DNA of 64,000 nucleotides, taken from IMG/VR virus record IMGVR_UViG_2630968701_000001; one strand, written 5' to 3'. Of this stretch, positions 20,696 to 32,169 are shown piece after piece. Made by a program: the position numbers and the translations under genes. The notes below the pieces were generated by a model, which saw nothing but the letters and a program-made list of their open reading frames with translations, was not told the origin of the DNA and did no database searches. The stretch is from an uncultured virus (IMG/VR IMGVR_UViG_2630968701_000001). Taxonomy: Duplodnaviria; Heunggongvirae; Uroviricota; Caudoviricetes. Numbering within the stretch: the stretch's first letter is position 1; the number at the start of each line of letters is the position of its first letter.

Positions 20696-21593
20696 TTATA
20701 GTCTCCTCATGATCTTTTCGACATCACTGATACGATCCATAGCTTCCTCTGCATGTGTTGCCAGACAGGCTGATTTTATAAAAGATAAATACAAATTGAG
20801 CTTTTCTCGATCTCTGATCTTCTTTCTCTCTTCTAACTCATGATAATGCTGCTTCTGTTCTTCTGTTAATGAATTCCACCATGTTTCGTTTAGATATTTA
20901 ATGTATAAACTGATCGCATTAAATGCATTAATGCAATACCATTGTCGTCTTTTTAATTCTGCGTACCACGCCATTTTCTTTCCCTTTCTAGTCCCAGAGA
21001 TCATAAAAATACTGCTTCATAAGATCAAATGCCTCATCCTTACATTGCACCTGATATTCTTCGATCTTCTTTTGTTCTTTCATGTATTTATCATGGATCT
21101 CTTTGTATTCTGGAACTTCGTTCATGAAATGTACCTTTACAGATGATGTATTTTCAGCTTTTTTCTTTTCTTCCTCTGACATTAATCCTTCTCCAAGAAA
21201 CCCATATATTTCGTTGTATTTTTCAAAAGCTTTCATGAATTCTTCTTCATATGGATTTTTCTTACTGCATAATTCATTATCCAGCTCATTCCATAAAAAA
21301 ATCATACGATCCAGAATCTCATTCCATTTTTTGCAGGATTCTTCTTCTGGTAACATTGTTTCGCCATCTTCTTTATAAAAAACAGGATAACTATGCTTGT
21401 TTTCTTTGAAGTCTTTTAGCATTGCAGGGATCAACTGGCTGAGATATGTATCGATATTGAATGTGTCGCAATCAGCAAAACCTTTTGTAATTCTTTGATG
21501 AGAATGTTTGATACGATGTCTTTTGTTATCCAAGATATTTAACATTGGATATTTCTTATTTTCTTTTTTCATAAGTAACTCCTTTCTTAACAT
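20696..21593 (-). other. Two phage-like hypothetical genes (20696-about 20974, 20988-about 21572)
   Basis: Second has QRI..GF...D.FN.D.YL...I..ML..F and FYDLWD end. Confidence 0.65.
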
Positions 21594-21756
21594 AAATGAC
21601 TATTTTTATTGATAGGAAAAATACACCATACCCAAAAGACTGACTAACGTGAAAAGAAGTAAATGATGAAGTAGATGATTCCGATCATGATTAAGAACGG
21701 GATCATATAAATGATTCCTATGAGAATGTAATACTGATTCATAGATTCCTCCTTTT

Positions 21757-22566
21757 TTAGCTATTTAACATTTGATACGCCATAAGATTGTTTTCTTTTA
21801 ATCGCTTCCAGGCGATCTTGCATTGATGACATTTTGTTTTTCTGATCTTTTTCATGATTTCTTTATCTGAATCATAGATAGATGCAACAGATGGACATAA
21901 AGCTGATTCTCCTACTTTGATATCTCCATTTGGTGCAATGACTGGAGTACAAAATCTTCCATGCACGGATAGCGTATCTACCAGATCACTGAATTTTCCT
22001 GAGAATATCTGTTTGGCAATCAGAATACAATTACTACACTTTGGCGCGATCGTATTCCAATTAGTATCCGGATGATTTATTAAAGCTCTTCCTTGTGGAT
22101 ACAGTATTTTGGATTTGTCTGATGGATCAGATGGAACTGTATCAATGATGGCATTTAATTTGGATAACCAATATTTTTCTTTTTTCGTTAGCGGATCCGG
22201 ATAATATCTTTTATCATCTGTTACCTGAATGATGATGCAGCGTTTTCCATACTTCTTCTGTAGATTCTCAATCACATGGTAGATTTCTTTATTTCGAACT
22301 AATTCTCTGCCATTTGTTGCAAAAGTAAGTGGACATTTGATCTTTGATTTTACCCAGTAATCTTCAATCATTTTTAACACTTCCAAGATCTGCGGATGTT
22401 CAAACAATTCTCCACCAGAAAAATTCCAAGTTAAAATCTGATGTTTGATCATGAATTTTAATGTATCTTCTAATACCTGTAAGGACATGTGCTCTCCATC
22501 TGGTTTACAATCAGACATACAGTGAGAGCATCCCATCTTACAGGCATATGTTAACTCTACCAACAT
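21757..22566 (-). CDS. Radical SAM protein
   Basis: CKMGCSHC (CxxxCxxC), FSGGE, ATNG; extra C-terminal cysteines. Confidence 0.9.
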   Translation of the reverse strand: MLVELTYACKMGCSHCMSDCKPDGEHMSLQVLEDTLKFMIKHQILTWNFSGGELFEHPQILEVLKMIEDYWVKSKIKCPLTFATNGRELVRNKEIYHVIENLQKKYGKRCIIIQVTDDKRYYPDPLTKKEKYWLSKLNAIIDTVPSDPSDKSKILYPQGRALINHPDTNWNTIAPKCSNCILIAKQIFSGKFSDLVDTLSVHGRFCTPVIAPNGDIKVGESALCPSVASIYDSDKEIMKKIRKTKCHQCKIAWKRLKENNLMAYQMLNS

Positions 22567-22686
22567 TTTCTTTTTCTCCTTTTTTCCTTTTCTACTACAA
22601 ATATGAGATATTTTCAGAGAAAAAATTTTTACATATAAAAAACATAAAAAAACAGACTCTGTTTACTTACAAAGCCTGCTCTCTTT

Positions 22687-23649
22687 TTATAAATTCTTCT
22701 TAATTTGAATAATATGATTTTTTAACACATTGTATCCTTTCAATTGTCCTGAATATAATAAACGATTATCACATAACTTATGTTTTTGTAAATCTTCAGA
22801 TATTTCTTTTCGTTTTTCTTCAATATCTTTTAATAATGAATTCAGCATTTTGACATTTGCTTCTTTCTCAATCTGCTCTTTTCCAATTAAACTGATCAAT
22901 TCCGACTCTTCTAATTCTTCTTCCAAGAAAATGAAATCTAAAACTTTGTCAATTGCAGATAAAGGATATCGATCTTCTTTTGTACAAAAATTATCTTTAT
23001 CTTTTAATCTTCGGACACAAGAAAACCAACTATCTTCTATGCGAACCCATTTATAGTTCGTTTCGGTGCTGCAATTATAGGAAAATTTATAGTTAGGTTT
23101 TGCGGATTCAATGACTGCATTTTCTAGCATTTCTCTCATTAATTCTCTTTTTGATCGCATTCTTTCTCTTCTCCTTTATTGTCAATTTTTCTTAGCATTT
23201 ATAAGATACTCTCTCAAACCGTGATAAGTACTACGTGTTTCTACCCTACTTTTAGATCCTTCTTCTAATTCTGATTCTATATACTCTAAAAATAAATTCA
23301 ACATTTTAACATTTGCTTCTTTTTGAATCTGTTCTTTTCCAAAAAAATCAGCCAATTTGGGATCTTTTTCTTCTAGTTCTTTTTCCAGAAACATAAAATC
23401 CAACACTTTATCTATCTCGTGCAATGAATATCGATATTCTTTTTCACACCTATTGTGCGGATCCCTCAATCCACGAATACAATGGAAAAGATCATTTTTT
23501 ATGAAAACTATTTTGTAAGCTTCTTTACTTTTATAAGTGTATTTAAATCCAGAATCCGTTTTTGCAGATTCAATGATGACTGCTTTTTCTAATGTTTTTC
23601 TCATATCTTTTCTTGGGGATTGCATTCTTTTTCTCCTTCTTTTTTTCAT
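22687..23649 (-). other. Tandem paralogous pair (22687-23160, 23182-about 23625)
   Basis: Shared MR..LE.AV.IESAK, IDKVLDF.FLE.ELEE, GKEQI.KEANVKMLN. Confidence 0.8.
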
Positions 23650-24209
23650 AAAATTCTTTTAATAGCTGCACATACCATACATTATCGAGCGTTTCTTTTG
23701 TAATATCTTCAAAATCATTCGGATCATTGATCACACTCCAATAACTCTCACATCCATAAATGATCTTCTTTAATTCAAATACATAGATCGCGGGATTATT
23801 CATAGTACAGATATGTAATTGTTTGTTTTTCCTTTCATAAGAAACGTAATTTTGTGTCGGAAGATTTCCTAAATACATGCCAAGATAGGTCTTTTCTTTG
23901 TATTCTTTTGCACATGGCATAATACGAATTGGTGTTCCTGGTTCGTATCGATTCCATGATTTGAACGGTTCATATTTAATTTTGTTAACTTCAATTGGAT
24001 ACTGAATATGTTTGTTCTTAAATTGTATACAGGATTCACATTCCTCTCCACTAACAGCGACAATATCATCTTCTACTTTTTTGCTACAATACACTTCGTG
24101 AAGCCTCACACGACTAAAGTTGCGTGCTTCCCATCAGCGCTTAGACGCGCATAGCTCCTTTAGAGAGCGGGAACTACATTTCTACAGATACAGTCTGAAC
24201 TCAGATGAC

Positions 24210-25547
24210 TTATGCCACAGAGGACACAAGCTCCGCATTCAGACGAATTAAAGTAGACCATGTGCAGGTGCTTCTCTTAGCGACCTGAGGAACTTCTGCC
24301 TCAAGTGCCAACCTTTCCTTCTCAGGCAAGGATTTTAAGATCTCCCGGATAAAATACCGGGCTCCGATATTATAGGATGCAGAAAGATCGCAGTTATAGA
24401 CTTTTCCGTTCTGGAACTGGCAGACACTGTAAGATGGGAATCCTGCCTGTTTTCCGCGCAGGACTCGTCCACTTCCATCATAAGCCAGTCTGGAAGTGTT
24501 CCAGGCACAGATCCGGGCGATATGCATTCCCAGACGATGCGCTTTATCCGTTACGATCCTCTGGACTTCCTGACTCTTCCACAGGTGTAGCCGTTGTTTT
24601 CTGGAACCGCGTTTCTTTCCTTTCTTTTCTAAATATTCAAAGACGATGACGTCTGCGTTGTAAAGGACTGCGACATCCATGATAAACTCTGCAGTTTTGA
24701 CAGAGATGTCATGATTGATCCCGTTCACTTTTGCCCATAACCTCGGCATCTTGCGGTTTCCATGCTGCTGCGCTTTCTTGATCCGGTTGATATTGTGCGT
24801 TAGACAGTCTTGTTCCTTTGGAAGTTTTAAAAAATGTCTTCCAATGATAGTGCCGTCACTACACATCACACTGATCGTTGCAGCAGAGTTGATCCCAAGA
24901 TCGACCGCACAGATGATCCGGTCCGCAACATCCACGTCACATAGTTCTAAAAATTCTTCAAATGGGAAGTCCAGATGCCACTCTTTTCCACGTTTTTGTA
25001 ACACAGGAGCACACTTTCTCCGACCGGAACATCTACGATCGATATAATCCATGTCAGATTTTCGGAGTTTGATGTCCAGCCAGTCCCAGGTATTTCGGAT
25101 ATATACCTTGATCCTTGCTTCATAGGCTCCAGTCCTCTGATACATGTTCTTTCGGTACATGCATGGGCAGATATATCCGGCTCTTGGAAACGAAGGTCTG
25201 CGTCCACGAGTGTTTGGATCCTCTTCTTCCCAGTTTTTCAGATTACTTTTATAAGAAGAAACCTTGCCGATCGCTTCATTGATCGCAGCACGTCGAAGGA
25301 AACTCGGAAACTTATAAAACTTTTTGTCAAAGTCATAAACCGTTTCCGGATGCTTCTTCGTAAAATGGCATAGCCGTTCCACATACTGCTGACGAGATAG
25401 TGACAGATCGATCTTTTTGATCTCTGCCCATTCTTTCAGACAGACATTGATCAGAAAGTCCACGGCATGACGATAGACTTCCACGGTTCCGCGAAAGATA
25501 TAATTGTATGTCTTGATCTTTACTTTATATGTGGAAAGTATCTTCAT
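24210..25547 (-). CDS. tnpB: TnpB (445 aa), RuvC triad intact
   Basis: AVDLG, VFEYL, NCDLSASYNI. Confidence 0.9.
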   Translation of the reverse strand: MKILSTYKVKIKTYNYIFRGTVEVYRHAVDFLINVCLKEWAEIKKIDLSLSRQQYVERLCHFTKKHPETVYDFDKKFYKFPSFLRRAAINEAIGKVSSYKSNLKNWEEEDPNTRGRRPSFPRAGYICPCMYRKNMYQRTGAYEARIKVYIRNTWDWLDIKLRKSDMDYIDRRCSGRRKCAPVLQKRGKEWHLDFPFEEFLELCDVDVADRIICAVDLGINSAATISVMCSDGTIIGRHFLKLPKEQDCLTHNINRIKKAQQHGNRKMPRLWAKVNGINHDISVKTAEFIMDVAVLYNADVIVFEYLEKKGKKRGSRKQRLHLWKSQEVQRIVTDKAHRLGMHIARICAWNTSRLAYDGSGRVLRGKQAGFPSYSVCQFQNGKVYNCDLSASYNIGARYFIREILKSLPEKERLALEAEVPQVAKRSTCTWSTLIRLNAELVSSVA

Positions 25548-25586
25548 GTCGTAGTCTCCTTCCTGGTTATGATTTTCTTATTATAA

Positions 25587-25622
25587 ATATGAGATTTTTC
25601 ATAATTTATAATTTTCATATAT
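25587..25622 (-). promoter_or_regulatory. Bipartite motif copy inside IS element D, upstream of tnpB
   Basis: ATATATGAAAA...TCTCATATTT, 36 bp. Confidence 0.8.
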
Positions 25623-25790
25623 AAAAATTTTCTTTCTGTTTAAATAGAAGCACCACCTAACTCACGACTAAAGTCACGAGTGTGTGGGGGTGATTTGATC
25701 AAAATTTTCACCCATATATGGAAAAGAATATGAGCAATTTTTCTGACGTTCTGTTGGCTTTTTTCGTTTCTCTGACATTTTATTTTCTCC

Positions 25791-27588
25791 TTATCTTTCA
25801 AATTCTTCTTTCTTTTCTGTATGCCATCGGTGGCTGATCTCAAAATTTAAATCCATGTAGCATCGTCTGAAAGATGCATACTGTGATCTGATGCGATTTA
25901 ATTTTGGAAGATATTCAAATCCTGTTTTGGTTTCAAACGCGTCATAAAACATGAAAAGTTCTTCATCCGTGCAAGCAGTAAATAAATTTTTCCCTGGAGG
26001 CAGCTCCTGCTGCTTTTCTTCTGCTGCCAAAAAGATGTTCAATGCATTCGTAATATCATCCTGTATCTCCGTTTCATCGATTCCAAAAGCCATGTCTCTT
26101 GCTTGGTTCAGCATTCCAAGAGCTTCTTTTACGATATCTTTGATTTCTTCTCGTTTTTCTTCTATTTTATTTAAAGGATGCTCATTCTTAGCACCATATA
26201 CATTTTGAAACAATTCCGTGTATCTTTCTTCCATATCAGATTTTCCTTTCTCTTTTTATAAGTTTCAATTTTCGTGATCTTTAAGATGAAAGCTTCCTCA
26301 GTTTCATCCACTCCATTATTTATCACGATATCGAAATCTATTTTTACTTTACATTCGTTTGACATTGTATCTGTATATACGACACTCTTATTTTGTTTGA
26401 TGTCAGATATTACGTCATCATCACCAAGTACAGAATAGTAACCTTGCTCTACCATGAATTCATCAAGAGGGTGGAACCACATTTCCTTATTAAGCAATTC
26501 GCTTGTATTTAGCTCCTTCATAGTGCGATTTCCTTTCTTATCCTTCTGCCAGTTCATAATCTTCTAACAAAACATTTAGATTCTCCTTTCTCCAACGATG
26601 CAATTTTCTGTCTCCTGTTACATTTTTGATTGGATTAGATAAAACAGCTCCATCAGGATTCTTACTCCAAAACATGTACTGTTTTAAGGAATTATGATAA
26701 TGACCATCATTATGCACTTCCAGATACTTGTTTGGATTTCTTTTGTTCCTGTATGTTTTGATCGTTGTCACACTCATCTCTCCTTTGTATTGATCTTTTG
26801 CTGATGCCATCGTTTTGCAATTTCCAATCTCAGATCTTCATAACATCGTCGGAATGATCCATATTTGTAATAAATATCATCTAATTCATTACAAACATCA
26901 TAAGGATCATTCTTTTCTTCAAAATAATAAAATTCAAATAATTCCATGTCGGAATAATCTTCAAACAGATTTCTACCTGGATGATTCGTCTGCTGAAATC
27001 CTTTTCTTTGAAAGAAAATGTTTAAAGCTTTTGTAATGTCATCCTGTATCTGAACATCATCATTGATCCTTGCCATTGTTCTTGCTTTATTTAACAAGGA
27101 AAGACTTTCTTTGATCAGATCAATGATTTCTTCTCTTTTTATTTCTGATTCATTTGTTGGATTTTCTGTTTCTGGTCCGTAAAGATTCTGAAAGAGGGGC
27201 TTGTGTAATTTATCCATAGTCATTCCTCCGTTATAATTTGTGGAATATATTTGCCTGTAGTTTCATCATGATGATAGGAAATGATTTTTGGCGAAATGTA
27301 TTTTCCTGTATCTTTATCATAAAAATAGCAAATGACCTTAATTCCCATACGTCTGCAAATTGTAATGATCGTATGTAATTCCATAGTTGGCTCTGCAACA
27401 TAAAGCTTCATAAGATCGCCAGTCCTCATTTTGTAATCTACTGTAAGACGATTCACAATTTCAAAATACAATTCTTTACGAGTCATTCCAGCAATTTCAT
27501 CATTTCCCTTACAAGCTATTACACTGATTGTTTTCATATTACATTTCCTTTCAGGTTCATTCGTTGACTTTTTGAGTCTACATTGCAC
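25791..27588 (-). other. Five small hypothetical genes including a paralogous pair (25791-26234, 26774-27223)
   Basis: Shared LFQN.YG, KREEI, IQDDIT.ALNIF, PG.NLF, SFRRCY.DL. Confidence 0.75.
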
Positions 27589-27848
27589 TTAATAGGATTG
27601 AGAAAGTCATGATTGCTGTTCCAAGAGCCTCAATCATGATTTCTCTTGGATATCCGTCATAATTTTCGTTTTTGTAAAAATGATAAAATCCAGAAAGTAT
27701 TCCAAAAAGTGTAATAATAAACCCAATTTTAAATGCTATAAAACAAATTTTCATTTTCTTTCCCTTTTCTCCTTCTTCTTTTACTATAAATATGATAGAA
27801 AATTCATTTTTTATTTTTCACATATAAAAAAAATGGCATAAACATCTG

Positions 27849-30149
27849 CTATGCCACTTTTTCGTTTAATGTAAACTTATTCAATAATTGCTCTAAAAAT
27901 TCCTCTTCGCAATTGAACATGTATTTGAAATTTGTGCTTCTTGTCCAGTTACTGTGTTTATGAACACATCGATTCACAACTTCTGCTGCTCCGATATGAT
28001 ATAATTTTTCCTTTGCTCGACTGGCACCTACATACATCAGATTCGAATTTAACATGTATTGATGAGATGCAGGGGTAATGATGATCGGTGTTTGAATGCT
28101 GCTACCCTGACTTTTGTGATAAGTAATCGCATAAGATAGCTTCATATTTTCTAATGCGCCCTGATTCATTTTGTAGGTTCTTCCGTTAAAATCAATCCAA
28201 AAATCTTTCTTTTCAATCCTTGTGATATACCCGCTGTCACCATTTGCGATCATTTCATTTATTAAAATATGTCCATCTTCATCACATGGATTATAAATGT
28301 TCTTAATGTTCATGACAAAATCTCCGACATGGTAATACCAATCTTCACACTTGATCACATCATCATCTTCCTTCCATGGGTTTGCATACCATTGGAAATA
28401 GCGATTTAATGTATCAACGCCAAATTTTCCACTATTATATGCGGTTAAGACCTGAATGTCCTCTGGATCGCGCCCTTGTTCTAATAATGCCTTATATAAA
28501 CACAGAGTCTTGGCTAGTAATACATCGTCACTTGTCTGGTAGAAAACATAATTGTTATCATCTCCCAGAGTAAAAACATCATTTTCCTGTAGATCAGATG
28601 GTAAAAATTCCTTTCCTTTTCGCATGTCTGTTGCAGCCTTCATGATTCCATTGTCATCATATCGATATACGGTATCTAATGTGATCTTAGGGATATCTTT
28701 GGATTTTAAGAGATCATGCAGCATATTTCCTGTTCCTACTGATGGCAGCTGTGCATCATCTCCCACAATGATCACCTTACATTTTCGAAAATCTAATCGT
28801 TTCATGATATGATAAGTTAGATAAATATCTGTCATAGACATTTCATCAATGATCAAAAGATCAGAATCAATGGATTCTCTTTCAAATTTGCCTACTTCTC
28901 CTGTTTTTGTATAACATAGTCCACGATGTATGGTTGATGCAGGTAATCCAGTATACTCTTCCTGAACTTTTGCAGCTTTTCCGGTTGGAGCCATTAACTC
29001 AACAGAAAGTTTCAGGTCTTTTGCTACTTCAATAACTTCTGTAATGGTTGCACTTTTACCAGTTCCAGCAGGTCCATTTAAGATGATGATGTTATTGTTC
29101 TTTAAAGTCTTTAATAAAGATAGCTGTTTTTTTGATCGCATAAATCCATCTCCAACCTTATAATCTTCCGGATCGATCTCTTTCCATCGGCGGGACAGGA
29201 TTGGGCGGCTTTCTAAATAAATATGAATCTTCTTTGCAATATAGGCTTCCATGTAAGCCATCCTTGTTCTTGTGATGTAATGTTCTTGATCCTTGTCTGT
29301 ATAGCAGAAAAACATGCGGTCATCTTCAATGGATACCTGAAAATAATCTGCACACTCTGGGATCAGGTCAATGACAGCTTTTTTTAAAGAACTGATCTTC
29401 ATCCGACTGCTGCCATCATCCTCATTCTTCTGCAATAGGTAATCAATGCATGCTTTGCAGCGTCCTTCACTATATCTTAGGTCTTCTTCATAAAACTTGA
29501 TCGGTGCCTTCTTTCCTTTGGATGAAAAATACTCTTCTGCCTTTAATAAAAGCTCATCTGCTCTTTTAAATCCAATACGGGAAATCTCACAAAGACAACG
29601 ATATGGGTCCTCAGAAAGTTTTTGAAAAATCATTTCTTTCGAATGATACTGGTCAAACAGTTTCTTGATCATCTTAAAATCAAACATTCCATCCAGTTCA
29701 TTGACAATATCAAAAAAGATGAAGTTCTCCTTGATCTTCTTTTCAATTTTTCCCCATGTCTTTTTTCCAACGCCTTTGATCTTTGACAGATTGACATTCT
29801 TGTTTTGTAAGATCCGATCAATGATATCTGGATATGCATCGCATAAATTATATGCTTGTCGATCAGATAAGATTTCCTGGAGGAATGCTCTTGTTTCATC
29901 AGCTCCATGAGGCTTATCCATATAAATTGCTTTCACTGAATATGAAGCTCCATATTTGGGATGAACCTGTTTTTGATCTGCATGGACAATATAAGTACGA
30001 TTACGTTCTAATTGTCCAATATTCCCTTTGATGGATACAACCTCTTTCTCCTTATTTGCAATTTCAAATTTATAGATGTAATAATCCTGATTGTGGAATG
30101 TCTGATAGATTGGCTTTCCACTGAATTTGTATTCTTCCTCAACTGACAT
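27849..30149 (-). CDS. recD2: RecD2-like SF1B helicase (copy 1)
   Basis: GPAGTGKS, IIDEMSM, GDDAQLPSVG, YAITYHKSQGS; N-terminal OB and HhH regions. Confidence 0.92.
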   Translation of the reverse strand: MSVEEEYKFSGKPIYQTFHNQDYYIYKFEIANKEKEVVSIKGNIGQLERNRTYIVHADQKQVHPKYGASYSVKAIYMDKPHGADETRAFLQEILSDRQAYNLCDAYPDIIDRILQNKNVNLSKIKGVGKKTWGKIEKKIKENFIFFDIVNELDGMFDFKMIKKLFDQYHSKEMIFQKLSEDPYRCLCEISRIGFKRADELLLKAEEYFSSKGKKAPIKFYEEDLRYSEGRCKACIDYLLQKNEDDGSSRMKISSLKKAVIDLIPECADYFQVSIEDDRMFFCYTDKDQEHYITRTRMAYMEAYIAKKIHIYLESRPILSRRWKEIDPEDYKVGDGFMRSKKQLSLLKTLKNNNIIILNGPAGTGKSATITEVIEVAKDLKLSVELMAPTGKAAKVQEEYTGLPASTIHRGLCYTKTGEVGKFERESIDSDLLIIDEMSMTDIYLTYHIMKRLDFRKCKVIIVGDDAQLPSVGTGNMLHDLLKSKDIPKITLDTVYRYDDNGIMKAATDMRKGKEFLPSDLQENDVFTLGDDNNYVFYQTSDDVLLAKTLCLYKALLEQGRDPEDIQVLTAYNSGKFGVDTLNRYFQWYANPWKEDDDVIKCEDWYYHVGDFVMNIKNIYNPCDEDGHILINEMIANGDSGYITRIEKKDFWIDFNGRTYKMNQGALENMKLSYAITYHKSQGSSIQTPIIITPASHQYMLNSNLMYVGASRAKEKLYHIGAAEVVNRCVHKHSNWTRSTNFKYMFNCEEEFLEQLLNKFTLNEKVA

Positions 30150-30235
30150 AATTTTCCTCCTTTCTCGCATAATATCTTCTAATTTAAATATGAGAGATTT
30201 GGTAAAAAAAATTATTCACATATAAAAAAATGGCA

Positions 30236-32126
30236 ATCGAGTAGGAGGCTAATCATTAATTGATTAGCCGACTTCTCACACCACCGTGCATACCGTTCGG
30301 TACACGGCGGTTCTTTAGTTTTCACATACTGTTAGATAATAGTCAGACATGGACGTGTATCCCAATCTGGCTATTATTTTTTTCGAAAAAATTTGGTTCA
30401 GCACTTGTGCCATTCTCCAGTAACCTTTTCTACTACATGCTAGTTCTTTCGCCATCCAGTGTTCCATACCCAATGCTTTTAGCATTCGGTATCTTGTTTT
30501 TATTTTCTTCCATTGTTTCCAATAGACTGCTCGGATTCTCCGTCTTGCCCATTCATCTGTTCTTTTTAGAAGTCCTTTCATATCTGCAAGTCTGTAGTAT
30601 TGCACCCATCCTCGCACGTACTCCTGATACTCCTTTTCTCGTTTTTTATTGCTTATTCCTTTGTTCCGGTCTGTCAATTCCCGGATTTTATTTTTCATCT
30701 TAACCACTGACTTTGCATGTACTCTGAGTCTGCATTTCCCTTTATATCTGTAAAAGGTGTAGCCTAGATATTTGACTTTGCTGATATGTGCTACCTCCGT
30801 TTTCTTCCTGTTTACCTTCAGGAAAAGTTTTCCTTCAATAAATGGAATGATATTTCTCAAGGTTCTCTCTGCACTCTTTTTGCTCTTACACAATATCATG
30901 CAATCATCTGCATATCGGACAAATCTGTGTCCTCTGCGCTCCAGTTCTTTATCTAATTCATTTAGCATCACATTACTAAGCAGTGGACTTAATGGTCCTC
31001 CTTGCGGCATCCCTACCTCTGTACGTTCAAATATTCCGTCTGCTATAACTCCCGCATTCAGATATTTATGTATCAGCGATATGACTCTGCCATCTTTTAT
31101 GGTTCTTGACAATACCTCTATCAGTTTACTCTGGCTTACTGTATCAAAGAACTTTTCCAAGTCCATATCTATTACATATACATAGCCCTCGTCTACATTC
31201 TTTTGGCATTGTCTCAGAGCGTCGTGCGCTCCTCTTCCTGGTCTGAATCCAAAACTGTTCTCTGAGAATTGCTCCTCATAGATTGGCGTTAATTCCTGTG
31301 CGATTGCCTGTTGAATAACTCTGTCGACTACTGTAGGTATCCCCAGTTGTCGATATTCGCCTTTTGTTTCCTTTGGTATTTCTACCCTTCGAACTGGGTT
31401 CGGTTTATATTTACCTTCCCTTATCTTTTGTATCAGGCTTCTCTGGTTTTCTCTAAGGAAGGGCAGAAGTTCATCCACCTGCATTCCATCAATTCCACCT
31501 TTTCCCTTGTTTCTTTTGACTTGCTTATAAGCCTTATTAAGATTATCTTTTCGCAAGATCAATTCCAAAAGATTGTTCGTCCAATAGTCTGTGATGACAC
31601 TGCTCTTTTCAGTAATCTTAGAGTAGTCGAACACTTCTGCATACTCTTTCTGTTCCGCAGATACCATTTGCAGATAGTCCTCTATATGAAGTTGTCTGTT
31701 CTTATATCTACTTTCAGTTACTTTCATTGCTTGTGTCTCCTAAAGTTCAGCCCTTCGCCGATGTTTGCAACCATCGGTTTACTATGGCTTCTGCTGACTT
31801 CTCGCCATTCGTTGTTACTCACGGACTTCATACTCTGTTTTCGTCCGCTGACGAGACCTCCCTTGGTACCACACGTCACTTTCTCTCCATATATCTGCCA
31901 CATTTACTACAGTTAATTCCGAGTAGTTATTGGACTTTGGTTTGTTTGGCAACCTTATCCTTAACTATAGCCTGATGTGATTTCTGTTCGTCAGACCAGA
32001 GATTTGCCTCCACCTTCCTTCAGATTCCACCTCACGATGGACACCCTTGGTCTTAGCTGTATCCTTCCCACTACTAGGGCGGATTAGGAACTTTCATCCA
32101 TTAGTGACGTGCGCCGCAAGGCACAC
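30236..32126 (-). mobile_element. Group IIC intron
   Basis: Starts GTGTGCC just after a terminator; domain V GAACCGCCGTGTACCGAACGGTATGCACGGTGG; ends CTACTCGAT. Confidence 0.9.
30315..31727 (-). CDS. ltrA: Group II intron reverse transcriptase/maturase
   Basis: LGIPTVVDR, PQGGPLSP, RYADD; no endonuclease domain. Confidence 0.95.
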   Translation of the reverse strand: MKVTESRYKNRQLHIEDYLQMVSAEQKEYAEVFDYSKITEKSSVITDYWTNNLLELILRKDNLNKAYKQVKRNKGKGGIDGMQVDELLPFLRENQRSLIQKIREGKYKPNPVRRVEIPKETKGEYRQLGIPTVVDRVIQQAIAQELTPIYEEQFSENSFGFRPGRGAHDALRQCQKNVDEGYVYVIDMDLEKFFDTVSQSKLIEVLSRTIKDGRVISLIHKYLNAGVIADGIFERTEVGMPQGGPLSPLLSNVMLNELDKELERRGHRFVRYADDCMILCKSKKSAERTLRNIIPFIEGKLFLKVNRKKTEVAHISKVKYLGYTFYRYKGKCRLRVHAKSVVKMKNKIRELTDRNKGISNKKREKEYQEYVRGWVQYYRLADMKGLLKRTDEWARRRIRAVYWKQWKKIKTRYRMLKALGMEHWMAKELACSRKGYWRMAQVLNQIFSKKIIARLGYTSMSDYYLTVCEN

Positions 32127-32127
32127 C

Positions 32128-32160
32128 AAAAAAAAGACTCAGCCTTAATTAGCCAAGTCT
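32128..32160 (-). terminator. Intrinsic terminator used as intron landing site
   Basis: AGACTTGGC-loop-GCTGAGTCT then T run. Confidence 0.75.
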
Positions 32161-32169
32161 TTCTGATCA

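Larger units (their letters stand above)
24098..25697 (-). mobile_element. IS200/IS605-family tnpB-only element D, target TTGAT
   Basis: TTGAT at 25702-25698; ACTTTAGTCGTG hairpins at both ends; right end TTCAC; removal restores host ORF. Confidence 0.9.
23570..25778 (-). pseudogene. Phage-like hypothetical gene split by IS element D
   Basis: 25778-25698 (MSEKRKK...GENFD) joins in frame to 24097 onward (EVYCSKK...). Confidence 0.85.

Noticed and set aside
30315..31727. Retron, DGR or defence reverse transcriptase
   Set aside because: Canonical group IIC intron ends, domain V and maturase
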